31,469 nt of DNA from Eubacteriales Family XIII. Incertae Sedis bacterium. GTDB lineage: Bacteria > Bacillota > Clostridia > Peptostreptococcales > Anaerovoracaceae. Positions 1 to 8,533 of this stretch are shown in pieces. The stretch lies in assembly GCA_031272745.1 (NCBI GenBank), contig JAISTF010000188.1:1-31469 (forward strand). The letters run 5' to 3'. The notes beneath the pieces are model-generated. The model saw nothing but the letters and a program-made list of their open reading frames with translations, had not been told where the DNA came from and made no database searches. Position 1 is the stretch's first letter, and the number at the start of each line of letters is the position of its first letter. The translations under genes were made by a program, and so were the position numbers.

Positions 1-2
1 AC

Positions 3-1139
3 GAGGAGCTCAAGCGTCGCTATGCGCTCGTCACGGCGGCCATGAAGGAAGATGGCGTCGATCTCATCGTCATGTCAAACGACAATCAGTACCTCGGCGG
101 CTATGTGCGGTATTTCCTCGACATTCCCGCCGAGCAGGCCTATCCGACGTCCGCGCTTCTGTCGAGCGAAGGGGATCTGTTTTCGATTACGAGCAACAGT
201 CCGATGACGCCGCTGCCCCCCGAGTGGGCGGGGCGCTTCATCAAGGAGCGGCTGGCGGCGCCATATTTCCGTTCGCTCGACTATACGTCGGAGTACGACG
301 CCGAGGTGATGGCAGACATCGCGAAGCGGGTCGGCGCGAAACGGATAGGGCTTGTCGGTAAGGGCGAGCTCAATGTCGCGATGGTCGACTATCTGCGGGA
401 GCGCAGCGGGGCGGAGGTCGTCAATTTCACGCGCCAAGTGGACAGGATCAAGGCCGTGAAAAGCGAGGAGGAAATCGGCCGCGTGAAACAATCCGCCGAG
501 CTGCACGACGCGGGGCTGGCGTATCTCCAAGAGATACTGAAGCCCGGGATGCATGAGTACGAAATTCGCGCCGAAGTACAGAGCTTTCTCGTCAAGCAGG
601 GCAGCGAGGAGCAGCTGATCATGATGGGCAGCGGCCCTACGGGCGTCCGCGTGCCTTTCCTCCACTCGTTTTACCACGGACGGAAAGTCGAAGCGGGCGA
701 CGAGCTTCTCTTCATGATCGAGGCCAACGGGCCTGGGGGGTATTATACGGAAATTGGACGGACGTTCATGCTCGGCGAGCCTTCACGGAAACTCGAGGAG
801 ACGTTTGGTGCATCCAAGCGCATCCAGCACAAATTGGCGGCGGAGGCGCGCCCCGGGCGCAAAATATCGGAATTGCATGCGCTGTACAACAAGCTTCTTG
901 CGGAAGAGGGATATCCGGAGGAATTGCGACTGCTCATGCACGGGCAAGGTTACGACCTCGTGGAATGGCCCGGCTTTCAGTCGGATGACGAGGGCGTCAT
1001 CGAAGAAAATTGGGTGCTGGCGATCCATCCGCATTTGAACAACGATTTTGCGAGCGGGTATTGTTGCGACGACTATCTTGTGGGCAAAGACGAAACCGTG
1101 CGGCTGCACCGGTTTCCGCAGGAAATCGTCCGGGTGTGA
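3..1139 (+). CDS. M24 (creatinase/aminopeptidase P fold) hydrolase, 5'-truncated by the window edge, non-canonical metal-ligand set
   Basis: Frame is open from nt 3 (EELKRRYALVTAAM...), so the true start is upstream of the window. Creatinase_N-like start, VKSEEEI linker, pita-bread motifs MIEANGPGGYYTEIGRT, HGQGYDLVE, AIHPH, CCDDYLV. Confidence 0.8.
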   Translation, partial: EELKRRYALVTAAMKEDGVDLIVMSNDNQYLGGYVRYFLDIPAEQAYPTSALLSSEGDLFSITSNSPMTPLPPEWAGRFIKERLAAPYFRSLDYTSEYDAEVMADIAKRVGAKRIGLVGKGELNVAMVDYLRERSGAEVVNFTRQVDRIKAVKSEEEIGRVKQSAELHDAGLAYLQEILKPGMHEYEIRAEVQSFLVKQGSEEQLIMMGSGPTGVRVPFLHSFYHGRKVEAGDELLFMIEANGPGGYYTEIGRTFMLGEPSRKLEETFGASKRIQHKLAAEARPGRKISELHALYNKLLAEEGYPEELRLLMHGQGYDLVEWPGFQSDDEGVIEENWVLAIHPHLNNDFASGYCCDDYLVGKDETVRLHRFPQEIVRV

Positions 1140-1166
1140 CGTTCCGTCGAAAGCCTGGTTGCTGAC

Positions 1167-1226
1167 GAGCTCGGCGTCGTCCGCGCCTGCCGTAAGGCAA
1201 ATTCGAGGCGCGGACGGCGTCTGCTC
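1167..1226. other. Large intergenic stem-loop with an internal GTAA-tetraloop hairpin, no U-tract
   Basis: GGCGTCGTCCGCGCCT (1173-1188) pairs with AGGCGCGGACGGCGTC (1206-1221) over 16 bp with 2 G.T pairs. Inner hairpin GCC-GTAA-GGC at 1189-1198. GAGC/GCTC extension at 1167-1170/1223-1226. Confidence 0.6.
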
Positions 1227-1335
1227 CGGTCCACTGGAGAGGATGGTGACCGTAGTGTTGGCATCGTTTATCATTTTATAACACCATTCGTGAGATAGCA
1301 CAAGTATTATCATAATATTTCGTGAATAATTACAA

Positions 1336-1487
1336 TTGTTCGATTATTGAATTTCAGAGACGCGCCAATTTTCCCGAAAGAATACCAGATTTTTAGAACA
1401 TACTACAGGAAAAGACACGTTTTGTTGTAATATGTCCTAATATCTTGGACTTGTTCGATTTGACTTCTCTGGGATAAGCTCGAATAA
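1336..1487. promoter_or_regulatory. Candidate operator repeats (TTGTTCGATT x2, plus inverted TCGAATAA)
   Basis: TTGTTCGATT occurs exactly at 1336-1345 and 1451-1460. TCGAATAA (1480-1487) is a 1-mismatch inverted copy of TTGTTCGA and overlaps the -10. The region is AT-rich. Confidence 0.45.
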
Positions 1488-1488
1488 T
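1460..1488 (+). promoter_or_regulatory. Sigma70/SigA-type promoter for the molybdoenzyme genes
   Basis: TTGACT (1460-1465), 17-nt spacer, AATAAT (1483-1488), about 55 nt before GTG 1543. Confidence 0.6.
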
Positions 1489-1542
1489 AATCATGGCTAT
1501 GCCGTTTTCTTCATCGGCGTTGTATCGGGAGGAACGAGGATC

Positions 1543-4341
1543 GTGAAAACCAAATTCGACATCAAAAATCAGAAGCGCGTGTTCAAAGCCGCGAGCCTCA
1601 TGGGGCCGCGCAGCGGGCTGCCGACGGTCGTGGATTCCGACGGGGAGAAGCTCACGCGCATCCGGCCGCTCCACTACGAGGACTACGCGGATTGGGAGAG
1701 CCTGAATCCGTGGAAGATTGAGGCGAAGGGCAAGGTGTTCGAGCCGACGAAAAAGACGCTGCCGGCCGTGTATTATCTGTCCTACAAGAAACGCGTCTAT
1801 TCGGAAAACCGCGTCAAATGGCCGCTGAAACGCGTGGATTGGGATCCGGACGGCGAACGCAACCCGCAGAATCGCGGCAAATCGAAATACGTGCGCATCA
1901 GTTGGGACGAGGCGACGGACATCATCGCGAAGGAAATCGCGCGCGTGAAGGAGAAATACGGCATGAGCGCCATCCTCGCGGAGGCGGACATGCACGGGGA
2001 GGGCAAGCACGTCGCGCCGTCGCACGGCTGCATGAACCGCCTGCTGTCGATTCTCGGCGGGTACACGGTGCAGATGCGCAACATGGACTCGTGGGAAGGT
2101 TACGCGTGGGGATCGAAGAACGTCTGGGGCTGCGAGCCGGTCGGCGAGGTGCAGCCGTCGGCCAACGTCTGGCCGGACATCGCGCAAAACACGGAGACGA
2201 TCCTGTTTTGGGCGGCGGACCCCGAGGTCGGCGCGGCGGGGTTTGACGGGTATATGTCGAGCCGCCTGTCGTACTGGATTCACAGCCTCGGCGTCAAATA
2301 CATCTACGTCGACCCCGCGCTGAACTACTCGGCCGCGAAGCTTGCGGACAAATGGATTCCCGTGAAGCCCAATACGGACGCGGCGCTCGAACTGGCCGTC
2401 GCGCATGTCTGGCTGACGGAGGGCATCTACGACAAGGACTATGTGAAGACGCACGTCGTCGGCGAGGAGCCGTTCTTCGACTATGTGCTCGGCAAGGCCG
2501 AGGACGGCACACCGAAGACGCCGAAATGGGCGAGCGGAATCTGCGGTGTGCCATCGTGGACGATCAAGGCGCTCGCACGGCATTGGGCGAAGCAGATCAC
2601 GAGCGTGACGATCGGCAACGGCGGCCCCGGCATCCGCGGGCCGTAGTCGCACGAGCACTGCCGCCTGCAGTCGATCCTCATGGGAATGCAGGGCCTGTGC
2701 AAGCCCGGGCGCAATTTCGCGAAATGGCTCGAATGGAACCTGCATTCGGCGGACTACGCGATGCCGTACCAGGGCGAGGCGAAGATCCGCCTGCCGCACC
2801 GCGCCGAGACCGTGCGGCCGCCGGGCGCGGTCTTCGACGACGCGCTCATCAAGGAGATGAACGCGCGCGGCATGAGCGACGTCGGGGCGATCGACCCCGA
2901 GGAGATGCTGCGCAGGCTGAAGCGCGTCGGTGCGTTTTCGATCCAGCTTTCGGAGCAGCAGAAGCGCATTTCCGATCTTGTTGAGGTGGTCAATCCGATT
3001 CCGACGCCGCCGATGCAGTCGATTCCGAAATGCATGGTTCACGAGGCGATTTTGAACAAGGAAGGCATCTCGTGGAACGGGCTGTGGTCGTTTTGCGGCC
3101 CTGCGGACGAGCAATGGGACACGACGTGCTACCCCGCGAAAGGCTGCTCGCGCATCCATATGATCTGGACGGATTCGCCGTGCATGGTGACGTGCTGGAA
3201 CGACGGCTTCTCGTTTGTGAAAGCGATGCGCTCGGACGAGATCGAATTTGTGCTCGCGCAGCACCCGTGGCTCGAAAACGACTGTTATTTGGCGGACATC
3301 ATCCTGCCCGTGCAGACGAAATTCGAGATGGAGGACATCTGCGACGATCCGGGCGGCGGCGTGTTCACGTCCGTGTACCACGAGCATGCGGCCATCCCGC
3401 CCGTCGGCGAGTCGCTCAACGACTTTGACTGCGTCGTCGAGGTCGCGAAGAAAATCAGCGAGGATGCGTATTTGAAATACACGGCGAACGGACGCAAGAC
3501 CGAAGACATCATCGATCTGTTCTGGCAGGGTTCCGGCGTCGACCATTTGGACAAGGAAGACGATTTCCACAAGAAGGACATCTTCATCCTGCCGTGCGAC
3601 CCGGACATCCAGAAGCGCGTACCGCCGCAGTTGCGCCTCTTCGCAGAGGATCCGGAAAACAATCCGCTGACCACGCCGACGGGCAAGCTCGAGTTCACGT
3701 CGACGGGGATACAAGAGCACTTCCCGGACGACAAGGAGCGACCGCCGTATCCGATGTGGATCGAGAAGGGCCCCTGCCACGACGAGACGCTCGCGTCCCC
3801 GCGCGCAAAGGACTACCCGCTGCTCTGCATGAGCAACCACGGGCGTTGGCGCTTCCACGCAAACTTGGACGACATCACCTGGCATCGCGAGATCGAGACG
3901 ATGAAGGTCAAGGGGAAGGACGGCTACCGGTACGAACCCGCATGGCTGAATCCCGTGACGGCGGCGCGCTACGGCATCGCCCACGGCGACATCATCAAAG
4001 TCTATAACGAACGGGGCACGGTGCTGTGCGGCGCCTATGTGACGGAGCGTGTTGTGCCCGACACCATCTACATCGACCACGGCGCGCGCTTCGACCCGAT
4101 CGACGCGGAGGCGCTCGACCGCGGCGGCGCGATCAACCTGATTTCGCCGCACGCCAACATGAGCACGCACGTCACGGGCATGGTCGTCTCGGGCTATCTC
4201 GTCGCGGCCGCGAAGGTGACGGACGAGGAAATGGCCGCGTGGCGCAAGTCGTACCCGGATTCGTTTGCGCGCAAAGTCGACGAAGGCTGCGGCGTCTGTC
4301 TCGAAGGCTGGCTGCTCGCAGACGAAACTGCCGCTTCATAG
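1543..4341 (+). pseudogene. Mo-bisPGD (DMSO reductase family) oxidoreductase large subunit, pyrogallol transhydroxylase AthL-like; one 932-codon frame interrupted by an in-frame TAG at 2644-2646 (nonsense allele, sequencing error or readthrough)
   Basis: ORFs 1543-2646 and 2680-4341 share a frame and join as ...GIRGP*SHEHCRLQSILMGMQGLCKPG. Motifs: YVRISWDEA, DSWEG (Ser Mo ligand as in AthL D174-S175-W176), WIPVKPNTDAAL, ADIILP, molydopterin-binding HGRWRFHA...NPVTAARYGIAHGDIIKVYNERG. No Tat signal and no N-terminal 4Fe-4S motif. No SD before ATG 2680. Confidence 0.8.
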
Positions 4342-4351
4342 GAGGTGCAAC

Positions 4352-5173
4352 ATGGCAAAAGCATTTGTGATTGACGTCGCCCTCTGCAGCGGCTGCTACA
4401 GCTGCCAGATGGCCTGCAAGGACGAGCACTGCGGCAACGACTGGTCGCCCGTCGCGAAACCCCAGCCCGACACGGGCCAGTTTTGGATCAAGGTCGACGA
4501 AAAGACCGTCGGCTCCATCCCGAAGGTGCGCGTGGAGTATCTGCCGCATCTGTGCGGGCATTGCGCGTCGCCGCTGTGCGCGGGCGCCTGCCCGGGCGGG
4601 GCCGTCACGACGCGCGAAGACGGCTTCGTACTGATTGACCCCGAAGCCTGTACGGGCTGCGGTGCCTGCATGGATGCCTGTCCCTACGGTGCGATCTTCA
4701 ATAACGACGCGCTCGGCATCTGTCAGAAATGCACGGGCTGCGTACATTTATTGGACAACGGCTATCCGGAGCCGCGCTGCAGCGAAGTCTGCCCGACGGG
4801 GGCGCTGACGTTCGGGGAAGAATCGGATCTGGCGGAACTGATCAAGGGCGCGGACGTGCTTGTGCCGGCATCCGGCGCGAGCCCGCGCGTCTACTACCGC
4901 AACCTGCCCGGAAAATTCATCGCGGGCACGGTCTACGACCCGCAGGCCAAAGAAATTGTGGAGCATGCGAAAGCGCTGGCCGTCTCCGGCGGCAAAATCC
5001 GCAGCGTGCTGACCGACGACTTCGGCGACTTCTGGTTCGACGACCTGCCCGTCGGCAGCTACGACATCACGATCACGGCGGACGGCTACGCGCCGAAATA
5101 CTTCTACGGCGTCCGCACCGACGACTGTGTGAACCTCGGCGACATTCCGTTGGACCGGAACGGTGGGGCGTAA
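4352..5173 (+). CDS. Fe-S small subunit (DmsB/AthS-like) with C-terminal beta-sandwich domain, 273 aa
   Basis: SD GGAGGTG at 4341-4347, ATG 4352. CSGCYSCQMACKDEH, CGHCASPLCAGACP, CTGCGACMDACPY, KCTGC...CSEVCP. C-terminal TDDFGDFWFDDLPVGSYDITITADGY. Confidence 0.88.
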   Translation: MAKAFVIDVALCSGCYSCQMACKDEHCGNDWSPVAKPQPDTGQFWIKVDEKTVGSIPKVRVEYLPHLCGHCASPLCAGACPGGAVTTREDGFVLIDPEACTGCGACMDACPYGAIFNNDALGICQKCTGCVHLLDNGYPEPRCSEVCPTGALTFGEESDLAELIKGADVLVPASGASPRVYYRNLPGKFIAGTVYDPQAKEIVEHAKALAVSGGKIRSVLTDDFGDFWFDDLPVGSYDITITADGYAPKYFYGVRTDDCVNLGDIPLDRNGGA

Positions 5174-5182
5174 GGGGATTCC

Positions 5183-5228
5183 TGCGTCAATCGCCGGTTG
5201 ACGATTGCTGAAACAAGGTTCTGACGCA
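5183..5228. other. Intergenic structured element with alternative pairings
   Basis: TGCGTCA (5183-5189)/TGACGCA (5222-5228), CAATCG (5188-5193)/CGATTG (5202-5207), and the competing pair CGTCAA (5185-5190)/TTGACG (5198-5203). Confidence 0.4.
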
Positions 5229-5263
5229 TCCGGCGTCCACCGGCCCGCACGGGAGCGGCTTCC

Positions 5264-5274
5264 TGTGGTAAAAT
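5264..5274 (+). promoter_or_regulatory. Extended -10 promoter (TGTG-G-TAAAAT) for ridA and downstream genes
   Basis: TRTGn + TAAAAT about 43 nt before ATG 5317. SD GGGAGG at 5307-5312. Confidence 0.55.
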
Positions 5275-5316
5275 AGCACAGAGAGAATTTCCGGGCAAAA
5301 CGCGACGGGAGGCGGC

Positions 5317-5700
5317 ATGGACAGAGAAATCATCAAGACGGACAAGGCACCGGCGGCCATCGGGCCGTACGCGCAGGCAAACAAGGCGGGCGGGCTCATC
5401 TTCACGTCGGGCCAGATTCCGCTTGACCCGCAGTCCGGCGAGCTCGTCGGCGCGGATGCGGCGACGCAGGCGGAGCAGGTCCTGCGCAACCTCGAGGCGG
5501 TGCTCGAAGCGGCGGGCTCCGGCCCGGACCGCGTCCTCAAGACGACCGTGTTCCTCGCGGACATCGCGGATTTCGCGGCGGTGAACGAAGTATACGCGCG
5601 GCATTTCGCGGGGGCGGCGCTGCCGTCGCGCTCTGCCGTACAGGTGGCGGCGCTGCCGAAAGGGGCGCTGGTGGAAATCGAGGTGATCGCATATGAATAA
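5317..5700 (+). CDS. ridA: RidA (YjgF/YER057c/UK114) imine/enamine deaminase
   Basis: APAAIGPYAQA, FTSGQIPLDP, VLKTTVFL, FAAVNEVY, PSRSAVQVAALPKGALVEIE with the catalytic Arg. Confidence 0.93.
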   Translation: MDREIIKTDKAPAAIGPYAQANKAGGLIFTSGQIPLDPQSGELVGADAATQAEQVLRNLEAVLEAAGSGPDRVLKTTVFLADIADFAAVNEVYARHFAGAALPSRSAVQVAALPKGALVEIEVIAYE

Positions 5701-6262
5701 CGAAAAGAAGACCCCCGTGCGCCTGCGCAAAGAGTGCACGGTCGTCGTCGTCATCGACCTGCAGGAGCGGCTGATTCCGGCGATGCGCGAGGGCGAAAAG
5801 GTGCGCGCGCAGGCCGCGAAGCTCGTGCAGGGCGCGGAGTTGCTCGGCGTGCCGGTGCTGACGACGCAGCAGTACACGAAGGGCCTCGGCGAGACCGTCG
5901 AGGACGTCAAGGCGGCGTACGCGGAGTTTTCCTACATCGAAAAGTCCGCGTTCAGCGCGATGGCCGACGAGGGGTTTGCAGATGCCCTGAAGGAGTCGGG
6001 GCGCGGGACGGTGCTGCTCTGCGGCGTCGAGGCGCACGTCTGCGTGCTGCAGACTGCGCTCGACATGCTGGAGCAGGGCTACGCGGTGCTGCTCGTGACG
6101 GACGCGATTTCCTCGCGCAAGGAGATGGACGAGGCGCCGGCCGTCAAGCGCATGATCCACGCGGGCGTCGTACCGACGACCGTGGAGTCGGCGCTGTTTG
6201 AGCTCTTGGACAACGACAGCAAGTCGGACGTGTTCAAGGGCATCTCGAAGCTGATCAAATAG
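5693..6262 (+). CDS. Isochorismatase-family cysteine hydrolase (YcaC-like)
   Basis: VIDLQERL, TQQYTKGLG, EKSAFS, GVEAHVCVLQT (catalytic Cys). Overlaps the ridA stop. Confidence 0.9.
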   Translation: MNNEKKTPVRLRKECTVVVVIDLQERLIPAMREGEKVRAQAAKLVQGAELLGVPVLTTQQYTKGLGETVEDVKAAYAEFSYIEKSAFSAMADEGFADALKESGRGTVLLCGVEAHVCVLQTALDMLEQGYAVLLVTDAISSRKEMDEAPAVKRMIHAGVVPTTVESALFELLDNDSKSDVFKGISKLIK

Positions 6263-6272
6263 GAAGGTGGAC

Positions 6273-6758
6273 ATGTTCTCAGAAATCGAACCGGTGATGG
6301 AAAAATACGCGGGCGTGCCGGGCAGCCTCATCACGATCCTGCAAAAGACGCAGGATGCGTACGGCTATCTCAGCGAGGACGCAATCGCGTACATCGCAAA
6401 GCGCACGGGCGTGCCTGCGTCGAAGATCTACGGCGTCGCGACGTTTTACACGCAGTTCCGGCTGAAGCCCGTCGGGCGCTACATCCTCATGCTCTGCAAG
6501 GGAACGGCCTGCCATGTGAACGGCGCGGCCGGCATCGAGGAAGCCGTGACCGAGCACCTCGGCATCGCGGACGGCGAGACGACGGCGGACGGGCTGTTCA
6601 CGCTCGACGTCGTGGCCTGCCTCGGCTGCTGCTCGCTCGCGCCCGTCATGATGGTGAAGGGGCCGGACGGGGAAGAGACCTACGGCTCGCTGACGAAGGC
6701 GAAGGTGCGGTCGCTATTGGACGAAATCGCGGCGCGGGAAACGGAGGCGGCATCATGA
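6273..6758 (+). CDS. NuoE/HydC-like [2Fe-2S] thioredoxin-fold subunit (StnA/BfuC-like)
   Basis: GVATFYTQF, CKGTAC, CLGCC. SD AGGAAGG before ATG 6273 (alternative start GTG 6267). Confidence 0.92.
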   Translation: MFSEIEPVMEKYAGVPGSLITILQKTQDAYGYLSEDAIAYIAKRTGVPASKIYGVATFYTQFRLKPVGRYILMLCKGTACHVNGAAGIEEAVTEHLGIADGETTADGLFTLDVVACLGCCSLAPVMMVKGPDGEETYGSLTKAKVRSLLDEIAARETEAAS

Positions 6759-8518
6759 GAATCGTGGTTGGAGAAGGCAGCTGCGGCGTCGCGTCGGGCG
6801 CAAAAAAGACAGAGGCGGCGCTTGCGGCGCTGCTCGCGGAGCGCGGCGGTGCGGCGGGCGACGGCAGTTATTCGGGAATAACGCTGGAGAAGGCCGGCTG
6901 TGTCGGCAATTGCTACCTCGAGCCGGTCGTCGACGTGTATGGGGACGACGGCGGGCTCGCGGCGCGGTATGTGCGCGCGACCGAGGAGCGCGCGGCCGAC
7001 ATCCTCGCGGGGACGGCGGACGACCTGTTGATTTCGGACGAGGACGCGGCGTTTTTGTCGCAGCAGCGGCGCATCGTGCTGCGCAACGCGGGACTCATCA
7101 ATCCCGAGAAAATCGAAGAATACATCGCGGCGGGCGGTTACGAGGCGCTGCGCAAGGCGTTGACGCAGATGACGCCCGAGGAAGTGATCGAAGAGGTCAA
7201 GGTCGCGGGGCTGCGCGGGCGCGGCGGCGCGGGTTTCCCGACGTGGTTCAAATGGGACGCGGCGCGAAACGCGGACGCGGGCGGCGGCGCGAAATACATG
7301 GTCTGCAACGCGGACGAGGGCGACCCGGGCGCGTTCATGGACCGCTCGGTGCTCGAAGGCGACCCGCACGCGGTGCTCGAGGGCATGGCCATCGGCGGTT
7401 ATGCGATCGGCGCGCACGAAGGCGTGATTTACGTCCGCGCGGAATACCCGCTCGCGATCACGCGGCTGGAGATCGCAATCGCGCAGGCCGAGGAGAAGGG
7501 CGTGCTCGGGAAGGATATTTTCGGCACCGGCTATGACTTTTCGATTCGCATCAAGGCGGGCGCGGGCGCGTTTGTCTGCGGCGAGGAAACGGCGCTCATC
7601 GCGTCGCTCGAGGGCGAGCGCGGGATGCCGCGGCTCAAGCCGCCGTTCCCGGCGCAGAAGGGCTTCTGGAAGCAGCCGACCAACATCAACAACGTCGAGA
7701 CCTTCGCGAACGTGCCGTTTGTGATTCGCGAGGGCGGCGCGGCGTTTGCGGCGTACGGCACGGAGAAGTCGAAGGGCACGAAGGTGTTTGCGCTCGCGGG
7801 CAAGATCGCGAAGGGCGGCCTCGTCGAAGTGCCGATGGGCCTGCCGCTGCGCGACGTGATTTTCGGCATCGGCGGCGGCATCAAGGCGGGGCGCGCGTTC
7901 AAGGCCGTGCAGATGGGCGGGCCGTCGGGCGGCTGTATCCCGGCCGCGCTCGCGGATACGCCCGTCGACTACGAAAGCATCACGCAGACGGGCGCGATCG
8001 TCGGCTCGGGCGGCATGATCGTCATGGACGAGGATACGTGCATGGTCGACATGGCGCGGTATTTCCTCGATTTCACGCGCAAGGAGTCGTGCGGGAAATG
8101 CAATTACTGCCGCGTCGGGACGAAGCGGATGCTCGAAATCCTCGAACGCATCACGCTCGGGGAAGGGCGCGACGGGGACATCGAGCTGCTCGAAGAGCTC
8201 GCGGGCAAGATCAAAGACGGCTCGCTGTGCGGGCTCGGGCAGACGGCGCCGAACCCCGTGCTGACGACAATCCGGTATTTCCGGAACGAGTACGAGGACC
8301 ATATTTACAATAAGCATTGCACGGCGCATTATTGCAAGGCGCTCGTGACATACGCGATCACGGACGCGTGCGTGGGGTGCACGAAGTGCGCGAGGAACTG
8401 CCCGACGGGGGCGATCTCCGGCGAGGTGAAGAAACCGCACGGGATCGATCAGGCGAAATGCGTCAAATGCGGCAAATGCGAGGAAAACTGCGCCTTCGGC
8501 GCGGTGCTCAGGGATTGA
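6755..8518 (+). CDS. NuoF/HydB-like FMN/NADH subunit of an electron-bifurcating (Bfu-type) complex (StnB-like)
   Basis: N-terminal 2Fe-2S Cys (GSCG...GCVGNC), GLRGRGGAGFP, NADEGDPGAFMDR, GGPSGG, ESCGKCNYCR...SLCGLG, H-x-x-x-K-H-C-x4-C site, C-terminal 2x[4Fe-4S]. Confidence 0.93.
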   Translation: MRIVVGEGSCGVASGAKKTEAALAALLAERGGAAGDGSYSGITLEKAGCVGNCYLEPVVDVYGDDGGLAARYVRATEERAADILAGTADDLLISDEDAAFLSQQRRIVLRNAGLINPEKIEEYIAAGGYEALRKALTQMTPEEVIEEVKVAGLRGRGGAGFPTWFKWDAARNADAGGGAKYMVCNADEGDPGAFMDRSVLEGDPHAVLEGMAIGGYAIGAHEGVIYVRAEYPLAITRLEIAIAQAEEKGVLGKDIFGTGYDFSIRIKAGAGAFVCGEETALIASLEGERGMPRLKPPFPAQKGFWKQPTNINNVETFANVPFVIREGGAAFAAYGTEKSKGTKVFALAGKIAKGGLVEVPMGLPLRDVIFGIGGGIKAGRAFKAVQMGGPSGGCIPAALADTPVDYESITQTGAIVGSGGMIVMDEDTCMVDMARYFLDFTRKESCGKCNYCRVGTKRMLEILERITLGEGRDGDIELLEELAGKIKDGSLCGLGQTAPNPVLTTIRYFRNEYEDHIYNKHCTAHYCKALVTYAITDACVGCTKCARNCPTGAISGEVKKPHGIDQAKCVKCGKCEENCAFGAVLRD

Positions 8519-8533
8519 GTGGAGAAGGAAACA

